From Candidatus Woesearchaeota archaeon (lineage in GTDB: Archaea > Nanobdellota > Nanobdellia > Woesearchaeales > JAZDKJ01): DNA of 64,000 nt. This document shows positions 54,048 through 64,000 of this stretch, piece by piece; positions within the stretch are counted from its first letter, which is position 1, and each line of letters begins with the position of its first letter. The position numbers were made by a program, and so were the translations under genes. The stretch lies in contig JAZDKJ010000006.1 in the NCBI GenBank assembly GCA_043803105.1, positions 384,001 to 448,000 of the forward strand. The letters are read 5' to 3'. The notes below the pieces were generated by a model, which saw only the letters and a program-made list of their open reading frames with translations, did not search any database and was not told where the DNA came from.

Positions 54048-55299
54048 CCTTGTTAAGGAAATCAAAGCCAGGGCCTCATTGAAAGAAATTCTTCTGCCCA
54101 TAGTCTATTCATACAAGCAGAAGAGGGACTCGATTGCAGTTGACAAAGATAAGCTGCGTGATAATGTCAGGCAAATCAAGGAAAAGTCGATTGAAGATAT
54201 TTCCTCCCTGCGAAAGCAGGCAATCTCGAACCTTCAGAAAAGTGGTATTACTGTTCTAGAGCTGCCTGACGCAAAGGCCGTGAAAAAGGTGCTTTATGAT
54301 ATCATCGGTAAAGAGAAGCTGATTGTAAAGTCCAAGTCAAATCTTGCTAGCGAATTGGGGCTTAGTGAGATGCTGGCAGGTAGCGAGCTTGTTGAGACTG
54401 ATGTCGGCGATTTCCTGGTTAACCTTGCTGAAGAGAAAGAATCTCATCCAGTGCTTCCTGCGCTTCTGCTCACTCCAGAGCGCATATCCGAACTCATTGA
54501 GCAAAAGTTGCATGAGAAGGTCAAGCCTAACCCAGATGCAATTGTCAGGTTTGTTCGCGAATATATCAGGGGCAAATTGCTTGCAGCAAAGGTCGGAATC
54601 ACCGGAGCAAATGTAATAACTGCAGACGGAAGTGTGGTGATACTTGAGAATGAAGGTAATATCTCCCTTGTTTCCAGGATTCCTGACAAGCATGTGATCA
54701 TCGCAGGCATTGATAAGATCGTGCCTACTCGTGAGGATGCACTGCAGATTGTCAAGTGTGCTGCTGTGTATGGCACAGGCCAGGATTATCCGTCCTACGT
54801 CAACATAATTTCTGGTCCAAGCAAGACTGCTGACATACAGAACGAGACAGTTACTGGAGCCCAGGGCGCTAAAGAGGTTTTCCTGCTTCTTGTCGACAAT
54901 GGCCGTTCAGCTATCTTGAAGAGCGATTACAAGGAATTGCTGTATTGCATAAACTGTGGAGCATGCCTTAATTTCTGCCCGGTCTATCACCAGATAACCA
55001 CTCGCTATGGCTCTAAGTTTCCAGGGGCAAAAGGCGTTATCCAGTCTGTTTTTCTTGAAGGATTGCACGAGTCTTATGAGCATGGAGCATACTTTTGCAC
55101 TGGCTGCCAGGCATGCAAGGAGAATTGTCCTGCCAAGATCGACCTCCCGAACCTTATAAAAACTCTTAGGAGGGATTTAGCCAAGAACGGTATCGAACCC
55201 AAGGGAGTAACTGAGATGATAAAGAACGTGAAGAAGTTCGGCAATCCTTTTGGCGAAGTGGCTGAAGGCAAAATACCGAAGAGCCTTTATTGCTGCTAG
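54040..55299 (+). CDS. LUD-domain Fe-S protein (LutB-like)
   Basis: VKSKS, ETDVGDF, ENEGN, SGPSKTADI, CINCGAC...CP, CTGCQAC...CP. Confidence 0.9.
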   Translation: MDDLVKEIKARASLKEILLPIVYSYKQKRDSIAVDKDKLRDNVRQIKEKSIEDISSLRKQAISNLQKSGITVLELPDAKAVKKVLYDIIGKEKLIVKSKSNLASELGLSEMLAGSELVETDVGDFLVNLAEEKESHPVLPALLLTPERISELIEQKLHEKVKPNPDAIVRFVREYIRGKLLAAKVGITGANVITADGSVVILENEGNISLVSRIPDKHVIIAGIDKIVPTREDALQIVKCAAVYGTGQDYPSYVNIISGPSKTADIQNETVTGAQGAKEVFLLLVDNGRSAILKSDYKELLYCINCGACLNFCPVYHQITTRYGSKFPGAKGVIQSVFLEGLHESYEHGAYFCTGCQACKENCPAKIDLPNLIKTLRRDLAKNGIEPKGVTEMIKNVKKFGNPFGEVAEGKIPKSLYCC

Positions 55300-55303
55300 G
55301 ATT

Positions 55304-55846
55304 CTATTTCTTTTTGGTGATGAGCCTGTATGGCCTTTCCAGCATCGGACCATTGTCGCCATTTATCGCGATGTACTCTGAAGGCAAAACATCTGTGAGG
55401 TCTGTTGGTTGTCGCTCCCACCCATAGATAAGGTAGTCCCATCTCAGCTTGTACGGCTCAAGCATCACTATGCGGCATTTAGGCATGAAGGTGTTCTTGT
55501 CGAGTTTTGGTTCGCACCTTAAGCTCAAGGTGATTGCTTCATAATGATTTGAAGTAACTCGATTGATGAAACCAGTCTCCACCATGACCCTGCCAATCGT
55601 GCCCACTTTGCCCGAATCCGGTATGATAAAACTTTCTGGATAATAAATCCAGTGTCTGCCTAAAGAAATAACCTCAGTATTGCCGAGGGACTCCTTTACC
55701 TCTGGGTTTATGAGCTTGTGCCAAGCCACAGCCATCGGACTGGAGTCTGTAAACTCACCCAGAATGAATTTGTCGTCAGGAAACACGCGTTTTTCGTTAA
55801 GGTAACCCACCAGTTTTCCTATGTCAAAAAATTCCAGTCCTGCCAT
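55304..55846 (-). CDS. hypothetical protein
   Basis: 180-aa ORF. Confidence 0.6.
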   Translation of the reverse strand: MAGLEFFDIGKLVGYLNEKRVFPDDKFILGEFTDSSPMAVAWHKLINPEVKESLGNTEVISLGRHWIYYPESFIIPDSGKVGTIGRVMVETGFINRVTSNHYEAITLSLRCEPKLDKNTFMPKCRIVMLEPYKLRWDYLIYGWERQPTDLTDVLPSEYIAINGDNGPMLERPYRLITKKK

Positions 55847-55897
55847 AATACCTGTAGTTGCCCGATGGCTTTTAAAACTTTCCCGCTGAATTTGGCC

Positions 55898-56698
55898 TTA
55901 TCTTTCATAATGAGCAACATAATTCCTTAACAGCTCTTCTATCTTGTTCGCCTTTGTTGCCTTGCCATGCACAGAATCCGGGTTTATTACCCATTCGATT
56001 ATTATGCCCAGTACTGCACCGTCTGATATGACAACGCTTCCGCTATGGCCCTTTACCACGCGCACTCCAGCCACGACATACGAATCATTTTGGCTGATTA
56101 TCTGTCCTAAGAGCATAGGCTTTCCGTTTGCAGAGCTTGGCAGCACCACAACATCTTTGTTCCTCGGGTCTTTGCAGAATGGCACAGGATTCCTATTATC
56201 GGATTCTCCCTGAAAAATTCCAAGGCATATGTCTAATTCGGTTGAATACGCCAGCAGTTTTCCATTCTTATACACGCTCCCGTTGTCCAATTCCAGCTCT
56301 GGTTGGTGGCAGAGGACCTTAAGTATATGGTAGGCAGACAGGAAAAAAACATTCTCCTCGAGTGAGCCGATTGTGATTGCCTGCCCGCTGAAGAAGCGTT
56401 CCGCGAGCCCTTGAGGAGTCTGTTTGAGGAATACCGGGCACTTGACATAGCCCATCTTTTTGCTTATCTCTTCGACAGATTGGCTTGGAACCTTGTACAT
56501 GTTTGTGACTATCTCATGGATCGATTCTGCGCATTTCTCGCCGAATCTTTGGTCTATATCCGGATTCAAGTGAAAATCTGTTCTTCCACCATTTTTTTGT
56601 CTCATTTCACTTTCAAGGCTGAGTGCCTTTCCTTTGGATATTTGTAGGCTGGCTGCAAAAATCAGTCCTTGCTCGATGAACTTACGCCTTGTGATCAT
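55898..56698 (-). CDS. trypsin-like serine protease with twin-arginine signal
   Basis: TRRKFI; SAYH, ELDIC, GHSGS triad motifs; GAVLGI. Confidence 0.75.
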   Translation of the reverse strand: MITRRKFIEQGLIFAASLQISKGKALSLESEMRQKNGGRTDFHLNPDIDQRFGEKCAESIHEIVTNMYKVPSQSVEEISKKMGYVKCPVFLKQTPQGLAERFFSGQAITIGSLEENVFFLSAYHILKVLCHQPELELDNGSVYKNGKLLAYSTELDICLGIFQGESDNRNPVPFCKDPRNKDVVVLPSSANGKPMLLGQIISQNDSYVVAGVRVVKGHSGSVVISDGAVLGIIIEWVINPDSVHGKATKANKIEELLRNYVAHYER

Positions 56699-56771
56699 AG
56701 TAGAAAAATCACTTTTTCTTATTTAAAGCTTTGCAGCCTCAGCAACTATCTAGAATTTTGGCAGGGTAAAT

Positions 56772-57113
56772 CTATTTTTGTGCTGCTTTCCTCTTTGCCT
56801 TCTGTTCTCTTATGAAAGGTATTCTCATGATTTTCTGGCAGCTCTTGCACGTGTATACTACCCTGCTGCTTCTTGTCCTCACGCTGCAGTTGATCCCTGG
56901 GACAAGATATGTGTAGCAATGCTTGCAATACCTTAGCCTGAACTTTTCAGGCATTGGGACGTTGAACCTCATCGATAGGTTTCTTGCAAGTGTTACGTAC
57001 CTATTCGCGAGCGCAAGCTCTGTTCTGGCCTCTTTTTCAGCCTTGCCAAACAGGAATTCTATGCGCCTGGAAACGATTTTTTTGGCCTCCAATACTTTTT
57101 TCAGGTTTCTCAT
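56772..57113 (-). CDS. rnp4: RNase P protein component 4 (Rpp21)
   Basis: RIEFLF, RYVTLAR, YCKHC..LVPG, TCKSC...RIP. Confidence 0.93.
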   Translation of the reverse strand: MRNLKKVLEAKKIVSRRIEFLFGKAEKEARTELALANRYVTLARNLSMRFNVPMPEKFRLRYCKHCYTYLVPGINCSVRTRSSRVVYTCKSCQKIMRIPFIREQKAKRKAAQK

Positions 57114-57169
57114 CTATTGAGTGCCAATTGCCTGGGTTTTAAAAACGTTTCCACAAAAGATATTTAAAC

Positions 57170-57385
57170 ATGAACCACCAAGATCAAGGCATGATAGAAA
57201 AGAAAGTCTCCCATTCTGAATATAAGAAACTCAAGCGCTGGTATGAAGAGCAGCTTAGAAGCAAGGATAAGCAGATTGAAGAGCTCAAGCGAGAGAACGA
57301 GACTGTCATCAAGACTGCTGTCAGCCAGGCCAAAAGGGCAAAGGATTGGGAGGGCATTGCTAGGCAATTTGCAGCAAAAAAATAA
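57170..57385 (+). CDS. small coiled-coil hypothetical protein
   Basis: 71 aa; start may be at 57191. Confidence 0.6.
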   Translation: MNHQDQGMIEKKVSHSEYKKLKRWYEEQLRSKDKQIEELKRENETVIKTAVSQAKRAKDWEGIARQFAAKK

Positions 57386-57423
57386 GCGATTGTTTTATAA
57401 ACTGTTAGCCTTCCCTTTTGCTG

Positions 57424-58062
57424 ATGCTCCCAGACCTTCTCAAGATATTTTTTCACCTTGATGAATTCCTGGGTGCTGCAATCCAGCAATACGGTGTTTT
57501 TGTTTATTTGATAGTGTTTGTCATTGTTTTCATGGAGACTGGCCTTGTTCTCACGCCTTTCTTGCCAGGCGACTCTCTCTTGTTTGTTTCAGGTACTCTT
57601 GCTTCCACAGGACTTTTGAACATTTTCTTTCTCTTTATCCTTGTGGCTATAGCGGCAGTTCTGGGTGACACAGTCAACTACTGGTTGGGCAGCGTCTTTG
57701 GAGAAAAGGTTTTTGCCAAGAGCAGGTTGTTTAAGAAGAAGTATCTTGACCAGACAAAGGAGTTCTATAAAAAACACGGCGCAGAGACTATTATCCTCGC
57801 GCGCTTCATTCCCATTGTCAGGACATTTGCTCCTTTTGTGGCTGGCATTGGTAAGATGAATTACGTGCGCTTCTTGATCTTCAATGTTATTGGTGCTCTC
57901 GCATGGGTTGTTGTTTTCCTATTAGGGGGCTATTTCTTTGGCTCTCTGCCCTTTGTTAGGAACAACCTGACGCTTGTTACGCTCGCGATTATAGTGATTT
58001 CTATGATACCCCCGGGCATTGAGGTTTGGAGGCAATGGAGAAAATCGAACAGGCATATTTAA
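57424..58062 (+). CDS. dedA: DedA family membrane protein
   Basis: ETGL...PFLPGDSLLF, GDTVNYW.G, ARFIPIVRTFAPFVAG. Confidence 0.94.
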   Translation: MLPDLLKIFFHLDEFLGAAIQQYGVFVYLIVFVIVFMETGLVLTPFLPGDSLLFVSGTLASTGLLNIFFLFILVAIAAVLGDTVNYWLGSVFGEKVFAKSRLFKKKYLDQTKEFYKKHGAETIILARFIPIVRTFAPFVAGIGKMNYVRFLIFNVIGALAWVVVFLLGGYFFGSLPFVRNNLTLVTLAIIVISMIPPGIEVWRQWRKSNRHI

Positions 58063-58106
58063 CCAAAAGCACAATGTTTTTATAGTAATCCAGATACTTT
58101 TTTATT

Positions 58107-58361
58107 ATGTACGAGAAGAAACCTGTCGAGAAAGAGCCTCCTTTAACCGATGAGGAATCTGTTTATGAGGACGAATCGCGCTCTGAACTTGTTGAAGATG
58201 ATGAGATTACTCCTGAAGAGAGCGGCTTTATGCAGGGTTATGAAAGTGAGGAGCCAGCTCCTGTGAAAGAAGAAGAGGAGGAGGAAGAATCGTTCATTGC
58301 ACGGAAAACTAAAAAAATCAAAAAGTTCATCTCAAAGTTTAGAAGAAAGAAAAAGGTCTAG
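58107..58361 (+). CDS. acidic hypothetical protein
   Basis: SVY....R.ELVEDDEITPEE.GFMQGY; basic tail. Confidence 0.7.
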   Translation: MYEKKPVEKEPPLTDEESVYEDESRSELVEDDEITPEESGFMQGYESEEPAPVKEEEEEEESFIARKTKKIKKFISKFRRKKKV

Positions 58362-58379
58362 AATGTTCTTGGTGTGCTC

Positions 58380-60065
58380 ATGCAAAGCTTTGAGTCTGAT
58401 GTGAGGGAGCTTCTGGAGGGGCTCATTCCTGGCCAGACAATCGCCCTAGCGCAACCGCCTGACCAGTCGATGGGTGATTTGGCCTTTGCCTGTTTCGAAC
58501 TCGCAAAATCACAGCATAAGAATCCGGCTGATATTGCGGGCGAACTGGCCACCGCGCTTAAACCAGAAGGGCTTGTGAAAAAGATTGAGGCCATGGGCCC
58601 TTACGTCAATTTTTTCGTTGACAAGCAAGCGCTTTTTGCACTGCTTTCAAAGCAGATAGAAAGGAAGAAGGACAGGTTTGGGGCTGGGAAAAGACAGAGA
58701 GAGCGCATAATGGTTGAGTTCTTTCACGCCAACACTCATAAGGCAGTGCACATTGGTCACGTCCGCACAATGTGCTTGGGGATTGCCCTTTCAAACATCC
58801 TGGAATTTTATGGTCACAAGGTGTTTAGGGCAAATTATCAAGGTGACATCGGGCCGCATGTGGTTAAGTGCATTTGGGGCCTGATGCGTTTCAAGGAAGA
58901 ACCTTCAAATGAGAGCAAGCTTAAATGGCTTGGCGAGATATACACTAGGGCTCATCATCTGATCGATGGCAATGAGGAGCTTGAGCAGGAGATAAAGTCA
59001 ATGACAAAGAAGCTTTACGACGGAGATCCTGAGCTCGTCAAGATATGGAAGGAAACAAGGCAATGGTGCCTTGATGACTTCAATAAGATGTACGAAGAAT
59101 TTGGCGTCAAGTTTGATAGGCTGTTTTTTGAAAGTGAAGTGGAGCCTCGTGGCAAGAAGATAGTGAAAGACCTGCTAAAAAAAGGCATAGCAAAGGAGAG
59201 CGAAGGCGCCATCATAATGGACCTGGAGCAGCATGGCCTCGGTATCTTCCTCTTGCTAAGGAATGATGGCGTTGCCCTTTACTCAACTAAAGACCTTGCC
59301 CTCGCACAGCTCAAGTTCAAGGAGTTCAAGGTTGAAAGGAACATCCATGTTGTCGGCGCTGAGCAAGAGTTGTATTTCAGGCAGCTAAAAAAGACCTTGG
59401 AATTGATTGGCTCCCCGAATGCTAACAAGCTATATCATCTGTCTTATGGTTTGGTGATGCTTCCCGAGGGCAAGATGAGTTCTCGTGTTGGCACTGTTGT
59501 TCTTTATGAAGACCTCAAGCAAAGGCTCTATGATGCTGCTGAAAAATCTACCCGGGAGCGTCATGATGATTGGGATGCTTCAAAGATTGACCAAACCAAG
59601 AGACTGCTGGCATTTTCTGCACTGAAGTTTGGCATGGTCTCTCGCGAGACAAACAAGTCCTTGCTCTTCGACTGGGACAAGGCCCTTGATTTTGAGGGTG
59701 AAACTGGTCCCTATGTTCAATATGCTTTCGCGAGGATTTGTTCTATATTAAGGAAGCATGATAAGCCGTTAGCAAAAAGAATAGATTACAACCTTCTTAG
59801 CGCACCTCATGAAGAAAGGATAATATCGCTTCTCTCTGGTTTCGAGTCCAGGGTCTCTGAGGCAGCCACGCACTACAGGCCATATGTGCTTGCTAAATTT
59901 CTTGTTGAGCTTGCCCAAGCATTTAACGAGTTCTACCATGCCTGTCCCATACTTCAGGAAAAAGAAGGTCTGATGCATGCACGCCTGGCGCTGATAACCT
60001 CAGTTCGACAGGTCTTGGCAAATGGACTTATGCTTCTCGGCATCCAAGCGCCAGAGATGATGTGA
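58380..60065 (+). CDS. argS: arginyl-tRNA synthetase
   Basis: GPYVNF, ANTHKAVHIGH, YSTKDLA, KMSSR.G, GETGPYVQYA.AR. Confidence 0.97.
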   Translation: MQSFESDVRELLEGLIPGQTIALAQPPDQSMGDLAFACFELAKSQHKNPADIAGELATALKPEGLVKKIEAMGPYVNFFVDKQALFALLSKQIERKKDRFGAGKRQRERIMVEFFHANTHKAVHIGHVRTMCLGIALSNILEFYGHKVFRANYQGDIGPHVVKCIWGLMRFKEEPSNESKLKWLGEIYTRAHHLIDGNEELEQEIKSMTKKLYDGDPELVKIWKETRQWCLDDFNKMYEEFGVKFDRLFFESEVEPRGKKIVKDLLKKGIAKESEGAIIMDLEQHGLGIFLLLRNDGVALYSTKDLALAQLKFKEFKVERNIHVVGAEQELYFRQLKKTLELIGSPNANKLYHLSYGLVMLPEGKMSSRVGTVVLYEDLKQRLYDAAEKSTRERHDDWDASKIDQTKRLLAFSALKFGMVSRETNKSLLFDWDKALDFEGETGPYVQYAFARICSILRKHDKPLAKRIDYNLLSAPHEERIISLLSGFESRVSEAATHYRPYVLAKFLVELAQAFNEFYHACPILQEKEGLMHARLALITSVRQVLANGLMLLGIQAPEMM

Positions 60066-60098
60066 GGTTTTTTATATTGCAAGCATTTTTTTCTTGCC

Positions 60099-60782
60099 AT
60101 GATTTTGGTGCAAGCTGATACTTCAACACCTGAGCTCTTGGATCATGTCAAGGCAAATCTGAACGAGAGCTTAAAGGTGCCTCTAATCCATTCGACAAGC
60201 CTGCAATCGTTTGAAGAGTCGCCTTCTTTCGAAGAACTGCCCGTATTTGTCGGTAAGGACCACACTCTCACCGCTCGCGCATTTCAGCTTTTCTCGAAGA
60301 ATTTTTCAAAACCCGGTATCATAATGTTTGATGCTCACCTTGATTTGATTGAAAACAAGACTGTGCGGACATTGATTGACACATTGAAAGTTCCGCCAGA
60401 AAACATCCTGGTTGTCGGTGCCAGGAGTATTCGTGCTGCAGAGCTCGCCTCTCTAAGGCAAACCAGGCTTAAGGTTTATCCGATGAGAGAGATAATCTCC
60501 GAAGGAATCCAAAATGTCTGCGACTCTGTAATGTCTGTTGCAAAGAATTTTGGTGCTCTTTTTGTTTCGATCGACCTTGATGTTGTGGACCCAATCTTTG
60601 CTCCTGCTGTTCTTGCGAAAGAGCCTGCCGGCATGTCATCCAGAGAGTTGATATATTTTATTCAGAGGCTCAAATTGTTACGCAATCTCAAGGCGTTTGA
60701 TGTCATGGGTTTTTTGCCTGAAAAAGACACTCAAGAGATCACCCTTAAATTGTTGGTAAAAATTGTCCAGGAGGCTTATTAA
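60099..60782 (+). CDS. arginase/agmatinase family protein
   Basis: GKDHT, FDAHLD, VGAR, SIDLDVVDP.FAP, EPAG. Confidence 0.85.
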   Translation: MILVQADTSTPELLDHVKANLNESLKVPLIHSTSLQSFEESPSFEELPVFVGKDHTLTARAFQLFSKNFSKPGIIMFDAHLDLIENKTVRTLIDTLKVPPENILVVGARSIRAAELASLRQTRLKVYPMREIISEGIQNVCDSVMSVAKNFGALFVSIDLDVVDPIFAPAVLAKEPAGMSSRELIYFIQRLKLLRNLKAFDVMGFLPEKDTQEITLKLLVKIVQEAY

Positions 60783-60884
60783 TATACTTTTTTATATACC
60801 AAAATACTATATACTTCACTAATTTTGTAAAAAGGTCCTGTTATTCCATAACATTTATAAATGAATTTTGGCTATCAATAGTTT

Positions 60885-61076
60885 ATGGGTAGAATAAAGA
60901 CTAAGCTTGTGAAGAGATTTACTGAAGAGATCTTTGCTGAGCATGCAGCTGATTTCAAGAAGGACTTTAACGAGAACAAGCCTCTCGTCGAGAAATACCT
61001 TGATGTCAACAGCAGGAAGCTAAGGAATGTTATTGCTGGTTATATTACAAGGCTGGTTAGGGCTAGAAGGACTTAG
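60885..61076 (+). CDS. rps17e: 30S ribosomal protein S17e
   Basis: MGRIKTKLVKR, DFNENK, SRKLRNVIAGYIT. Confidence 0.96.
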   Translation: MGRIKTKLVKRFTEEIFAEHAADFKKDFNENKPLVEKYLDVNSRKLRNVIAGYITRLVRARRT

Positions 61077-61094
61077 TGTAGTGGGGGTGCTTGG

Positions 61095-61382
61095 ATGCTG
61101 AAGGACAACTCTATCTTCGTTGGTGGAAAGCCATTCATGAATTATGTGACTGGCGTAGTGATGCAGTTTACGACTAAGGGTGCAGACGAGGTTATTGTTA
61201 AGGCGCGAGGAAAGTTCATCTCCCGTGCTGTTGATATTTCTGAGGTCGCAACAAAGCGGTTTCTCGAAGGTCAGATAGAGGTTAAGGACATCAGGATTGA
61301 CTCTGAGGGTTTTAAGAACAAGGAAGGCAAGGATGTTAGGGTTTCCATTATTGAGATTACCCTAGTCAAGATATTGAAATAA
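61095..61382 (+). CDS. albA: DNA/RNA-binding protein Alba
   Basis: KPFMNYV, VKARGK.ISRAVD, VSIIEITL. Confidence 0.96.
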   Translation: MLKDNSIFVGGKPFMNYVTGVVMQFTTKGADEVIVKARGKFISRAVDISEVATKRFLEGQIEVKDIRIDSEGFKNKEGKDVRVSIIEITLVKILK

Positions 61383-61409
61383 CCTTTGACAAGAAATTGG
61401 CTTTTTTTC

Positions 61410-62678
61410 TCATTCATACCTTAGCGCATCTACCGGCTTTAGTTTTGACGCTCTGTATGCGGGTACGATTCCTGCAATCATTCCTATTCCTATAGACATT
61501 GTTAGTGCCTCCACGAGTAGGCTTATAGGCACTACTGTAACCAGCCCGCCACTGCCCCCAATACCTCCTACTCCTAATCCACCCAGCAATTGTGGTAGCA
61601 CGAGCGATATCGCTACACCGAGCAGTATTCCCAGTAATCCTCCTGCAAGGCCGACCAGCCCTGAATTAAGGACAAAGATTAGCATCACGTCCCTGTTTTT
61701 TGCTCCTACTGCTTTCATTATCCCGATTTCCTTTGTCTTTTCAAGGACTGATGTGAACATCGTGTTTGCAATTCCCACCGCCCCAACTATCAGTGAGACT
61801 GCAGCAATTGCCGCCAAGAATAGGGTGAATGTTGCGGTTACGCTCTGTATTGTTTGTTGTACATCTAAGGAAGATGTTACTGTGAAGTCCTGTGTTCTGG
61901 TTGTGAGGTGTCTTTCCATGAGCAACCGGATTGTTGTTTCGTTTGCGACCTGGTCTACAAAATCTGAATTCTCTACCTTTACCTGTATTGAGTCAAATTC
62001 TGTTTGCCCCACGTCCTGCAGTGTTGTGCGTGCAGTTACTATTGGCATGTATATGGTGTTTCCGCCTCCCCCGCCTGCCCCAAATCCTCCTGAAGAAGAC
62101 TGAAGTATTCCAACAACCTTGAATACCTTTCCCTGGATCATTATCGGCCTGTTTATCCCAACCTGCTGCTTGAATGTATTGGTGGCTATCCCGTTTGACA
62201 GAACCACAACGTTTGTGTCTCCAGATTGTAAGAACCTTCCAGTGTCAATCTTTGATGTTGTGATGTATTGCCAGGAATTTGGGTCTACTCCCTGAACCTG
62301 GGCATTTGTGGTTTGCGTTAGGTAGTTGACTGTGGCTCTTCCGCTTATGATTCCATTTACATACAAGACTCCTGGTGTTGTCTTTATTGCCTGGATGTCT
62401 TGTTGCGTTAGATTCTTGGTTAGGATGCCATTGCCTCCTCCTCTATCTAATCCTCCAAAGGCTCCCTGCGCCCTGCTAAATCCAGGGCTTACTGTAAAAA
62501 TGTCTTGGCCAAGCCCTCCCAGTCTCTGCTGCACGCTTGCAGAAGCACCTTCGCCAATCGACACTATGCCCACTATAGCGCCCACACCAATCACTATTCC
62601 AATAATGGTGAGCCAGCTCCTCAGCCTGCTGTGAAGCAGGATGTTTAGCGCAAGCTTGAACGAAATCCTAAGCCTCAT
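61410..62678 (-). CDS. ABC transporter permease (MacB/FtsX family)
   Basis: LRSWLTIIGIVIGV, GIANTMFTSVLEKTKEIGIMKAVGA, PAYRASKLKPVDALRYE. Confidence 0.94.
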   Translation of the reverse strand: MRLRISFKLALNILLHSRLRSWLTIIGIVIGVGAIVGIVSIGEGASASVQQRLGGLGQDIFTVSPGFSRAQGAFGGLDRGGGNGILTKNLTQQDIQAIKTTPGVLYVNGIISGRATVNYLTQTTNAQVQGVDPNSWQYITTSKIDTGRFLQSGDTNVVVLSNGIATNTFKQQVGINRPIMIQGKVFKVVGILQSSSGGFGAGGGGGNTIYMPIVTARTTLQDVGQTEFDSIQVKVENSDFVDQVANETTIRLLMERHLTTRTQDFTVTSSLDVQQTIQSVTATFTLFLAAIAAVSLIVGAVGIANTMFTSVLEKTKEIGIMKAVGAKNRDVMLIFVLNSGLVGLAGGLLGILLGVAISLVLPQLLGGLGVGGIGGSGGLVTVVPISLLVEALTMSIGIGMIAGIVPAYRASKLKPVDALRYE

Positions 62679-63946
62679 TTCTTTGCCTTGCTTTTTCTCC
62701 TGCCGTAAAAGAAACCTGCTACCAACCCTGCCAAAAGCAGCCCTATCATCAGGTACCAGTTTGTCCCGCTGCTTGTCCTGCTAACTGTTCCTGTTGTCGT
62801 GGTTGTTGTTCCTGTGGAAGTGGCAGCCCTGAATTGGATTGGCACTTCCTTCTCCGCAGATTGCCTGTGTCCTGTGGTGTCTGTATACTGAACAGTTACC
62901 TTAAGAGGTGCTGGTTTTGCGGCTGCCTGCTGACTTGTGCCGCCTGAGCCAGCCGTTGCCCTTGCCTGGCTTCCTGCAATCTGGAAAGATACAATTGTGT
63001 AATCACCCTTCGCAAGATTGCCTATGATTGCGCTGCTGCTCCCTGTTACGCGATAGCCTTGCTGGTCCGGTATGATCACAGTAACTGATTGCGCAGGGTT
63101 GTTTCCTATGTTTGCCACAGACAGCGATGTTTGCCCTACAGAACTCTCTGAGAATGCAACATCAAAGTCAGTTTGTCCTCCCACAAATATTCCCGCAGTT
63201 GTCTTTGCTGTTGAGATTGTTGTGTTGGTCATGCTTTCAAACTTCAAGGTCATTTGCATTTGGTATAATCCTGGATTTGCATTTACATCTGCAACAACAT
63301 TGTAGGTTAAGTTCACAGATTGGCCAATCCCTAGGTATTGGACGTATTTTGTGTTGTCTGAGTACACGGGCAGCACAGCACCTGTCGGCTCTGTCCATGA
63401 GAATGCTATGTTCTGTAATGGTGCGCTGCCTTTGTTGGATATTGTGAAGGTTACTTTTGTTTCCTGCCCCGGGCTTAGTTGCGATTTGTCAATCATTAGT
63501 TGTGCGAATTCCTTGTTGGTCACAGCTATTGGGAATTTCTGGGTGATCCATGATCCTCCGCTGCCATAATTGTACCTAACCTGCAAATCATAGCTGCCTT
63601 CATGTGCGTCGGGCGAAATCTTGATTGTATATTGTACCTGCGCATAATTATTGTCTGTCTGGAACGCATTAACACTTCCAACAGTCTGCAGGTTGTTGCC
63701 GTCAGCCACTGTGAATGGATAGCTGGGTTGAACCTCTATCTGCAAATTATTGGCAGGCTGTCCTCCTCTGTTTTCGAACTTGAGCCGCACTGTGGCCGTA
63801 CCTCCTGCTGGAGCAGGGTTTGGGTCCTGGTTCAGAAGGCTTAATTGCAGCTGCGCCCCGCTGTTTGAATCTCCGAGCTGTGCAGTTGCACTGTAAGCCA
63901 TTGCCATCACCAATAATATCATCAACAATAGGTTTTTCCATTTCAT
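62675..63946 (-). CDS. COG1361-type S-layer-like secreted protein
   Basis: Signal peptide, QDPNPA..G, repeated Ig-like N.G motifs, Thr-rich linker, C-terminal TM; upstream of the MacB-like permease. Confidence 0.85.
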   Translation of the reverse strand: MKWKNLLLMILLVMAMAYSATAQLGDSNSGAQLQLSLLNQDPNPAPAGGTATVRLKFENRGGQPANNLQIEVQPSYPFTVADGNNLQTVGSVNAFQTDNNYAQVQYTIKISPDAHEGSYDLQVRYNYGSGGSWITQKFPIAVTNKEFAQLMIDKSQLSPGQETKVTFTISNKGSAPLQNIAFSWTEPTGAVLPVYSDNTKYVQYLGIGQSVNLTYNVVADVNANPGLYQMQMTLKFESMTNTTISTAKTTAGIFVGGQTDFDVAFSESSVGQTSLSVANIGNNPAQSVTVIIPDQQGYRVTGSSSAIIGNLAKGDYTIVSFQIAGSQARATAGSGGTSQQAAAKPAPLKVTVQYTDTTGHRQSAEKEVPIQFRAATSTGTTTTTTGTVSRTSSGTNWYLMIGLLLAGLVAGFFYGRRKSKAKK

Positions 63947-64000
63947 TTTTTTCACTCTCCTTTCACGATTTGTCCGTCCTTGAGCTGGATTTTTCTTCTC

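Noticed and set aside
58261-58295. GAA/GAG low-complexity run as a repeat element
   Set aside because: It simply encodes a poly-Glu stretch in the acidic protein.

Overview
A gene-dense archaeal chromosome segment, probably DPANN (Woesearchaeota-like). The lineage is inferred from the archaeal information-processing genes, compact spacing and multi-intron tRNAs, not from a phylogeny. Housekeeping genes include aRF1, aIF5A, aIF5B, L40e, L37ae, L21e, S6e, S17e, RpoP, RpoF, prefoldin beta, DRG and NOG1 GTPases, TyrRS, ArgRS, Kae1, MetAP2, Rpp21 and Alba. Four things stand out. (1) A 12.7-kb purine operon (purD-purE-purC-purB-guaB-purA-purO-purH-purH'-purM) in which PurB has a duplicated central domain whose two copies carry complementary halves of the catalytic motifs, PurE is double-length, and PurH is followed by a catalytically degenerate paralog. 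(2) Four tRNA loci with 1-3 introns each, two of them apparently decaying. Short hairpin cassettes flanked by duplications of the tRNA's own ends occur at two tRNA-Pro loci 11 kb apart and share a covarying hairpin, suggesting a tRNA-targeting mini-element. (3) An AT-rich TyrRS gene between two related tRNA-Pro loci. (4) A long bacterial-type RelA/SpoT homolog. No CRISPR array, integrase or transposase was recognised. All calls come from motif recognition by eye; no searches were run.
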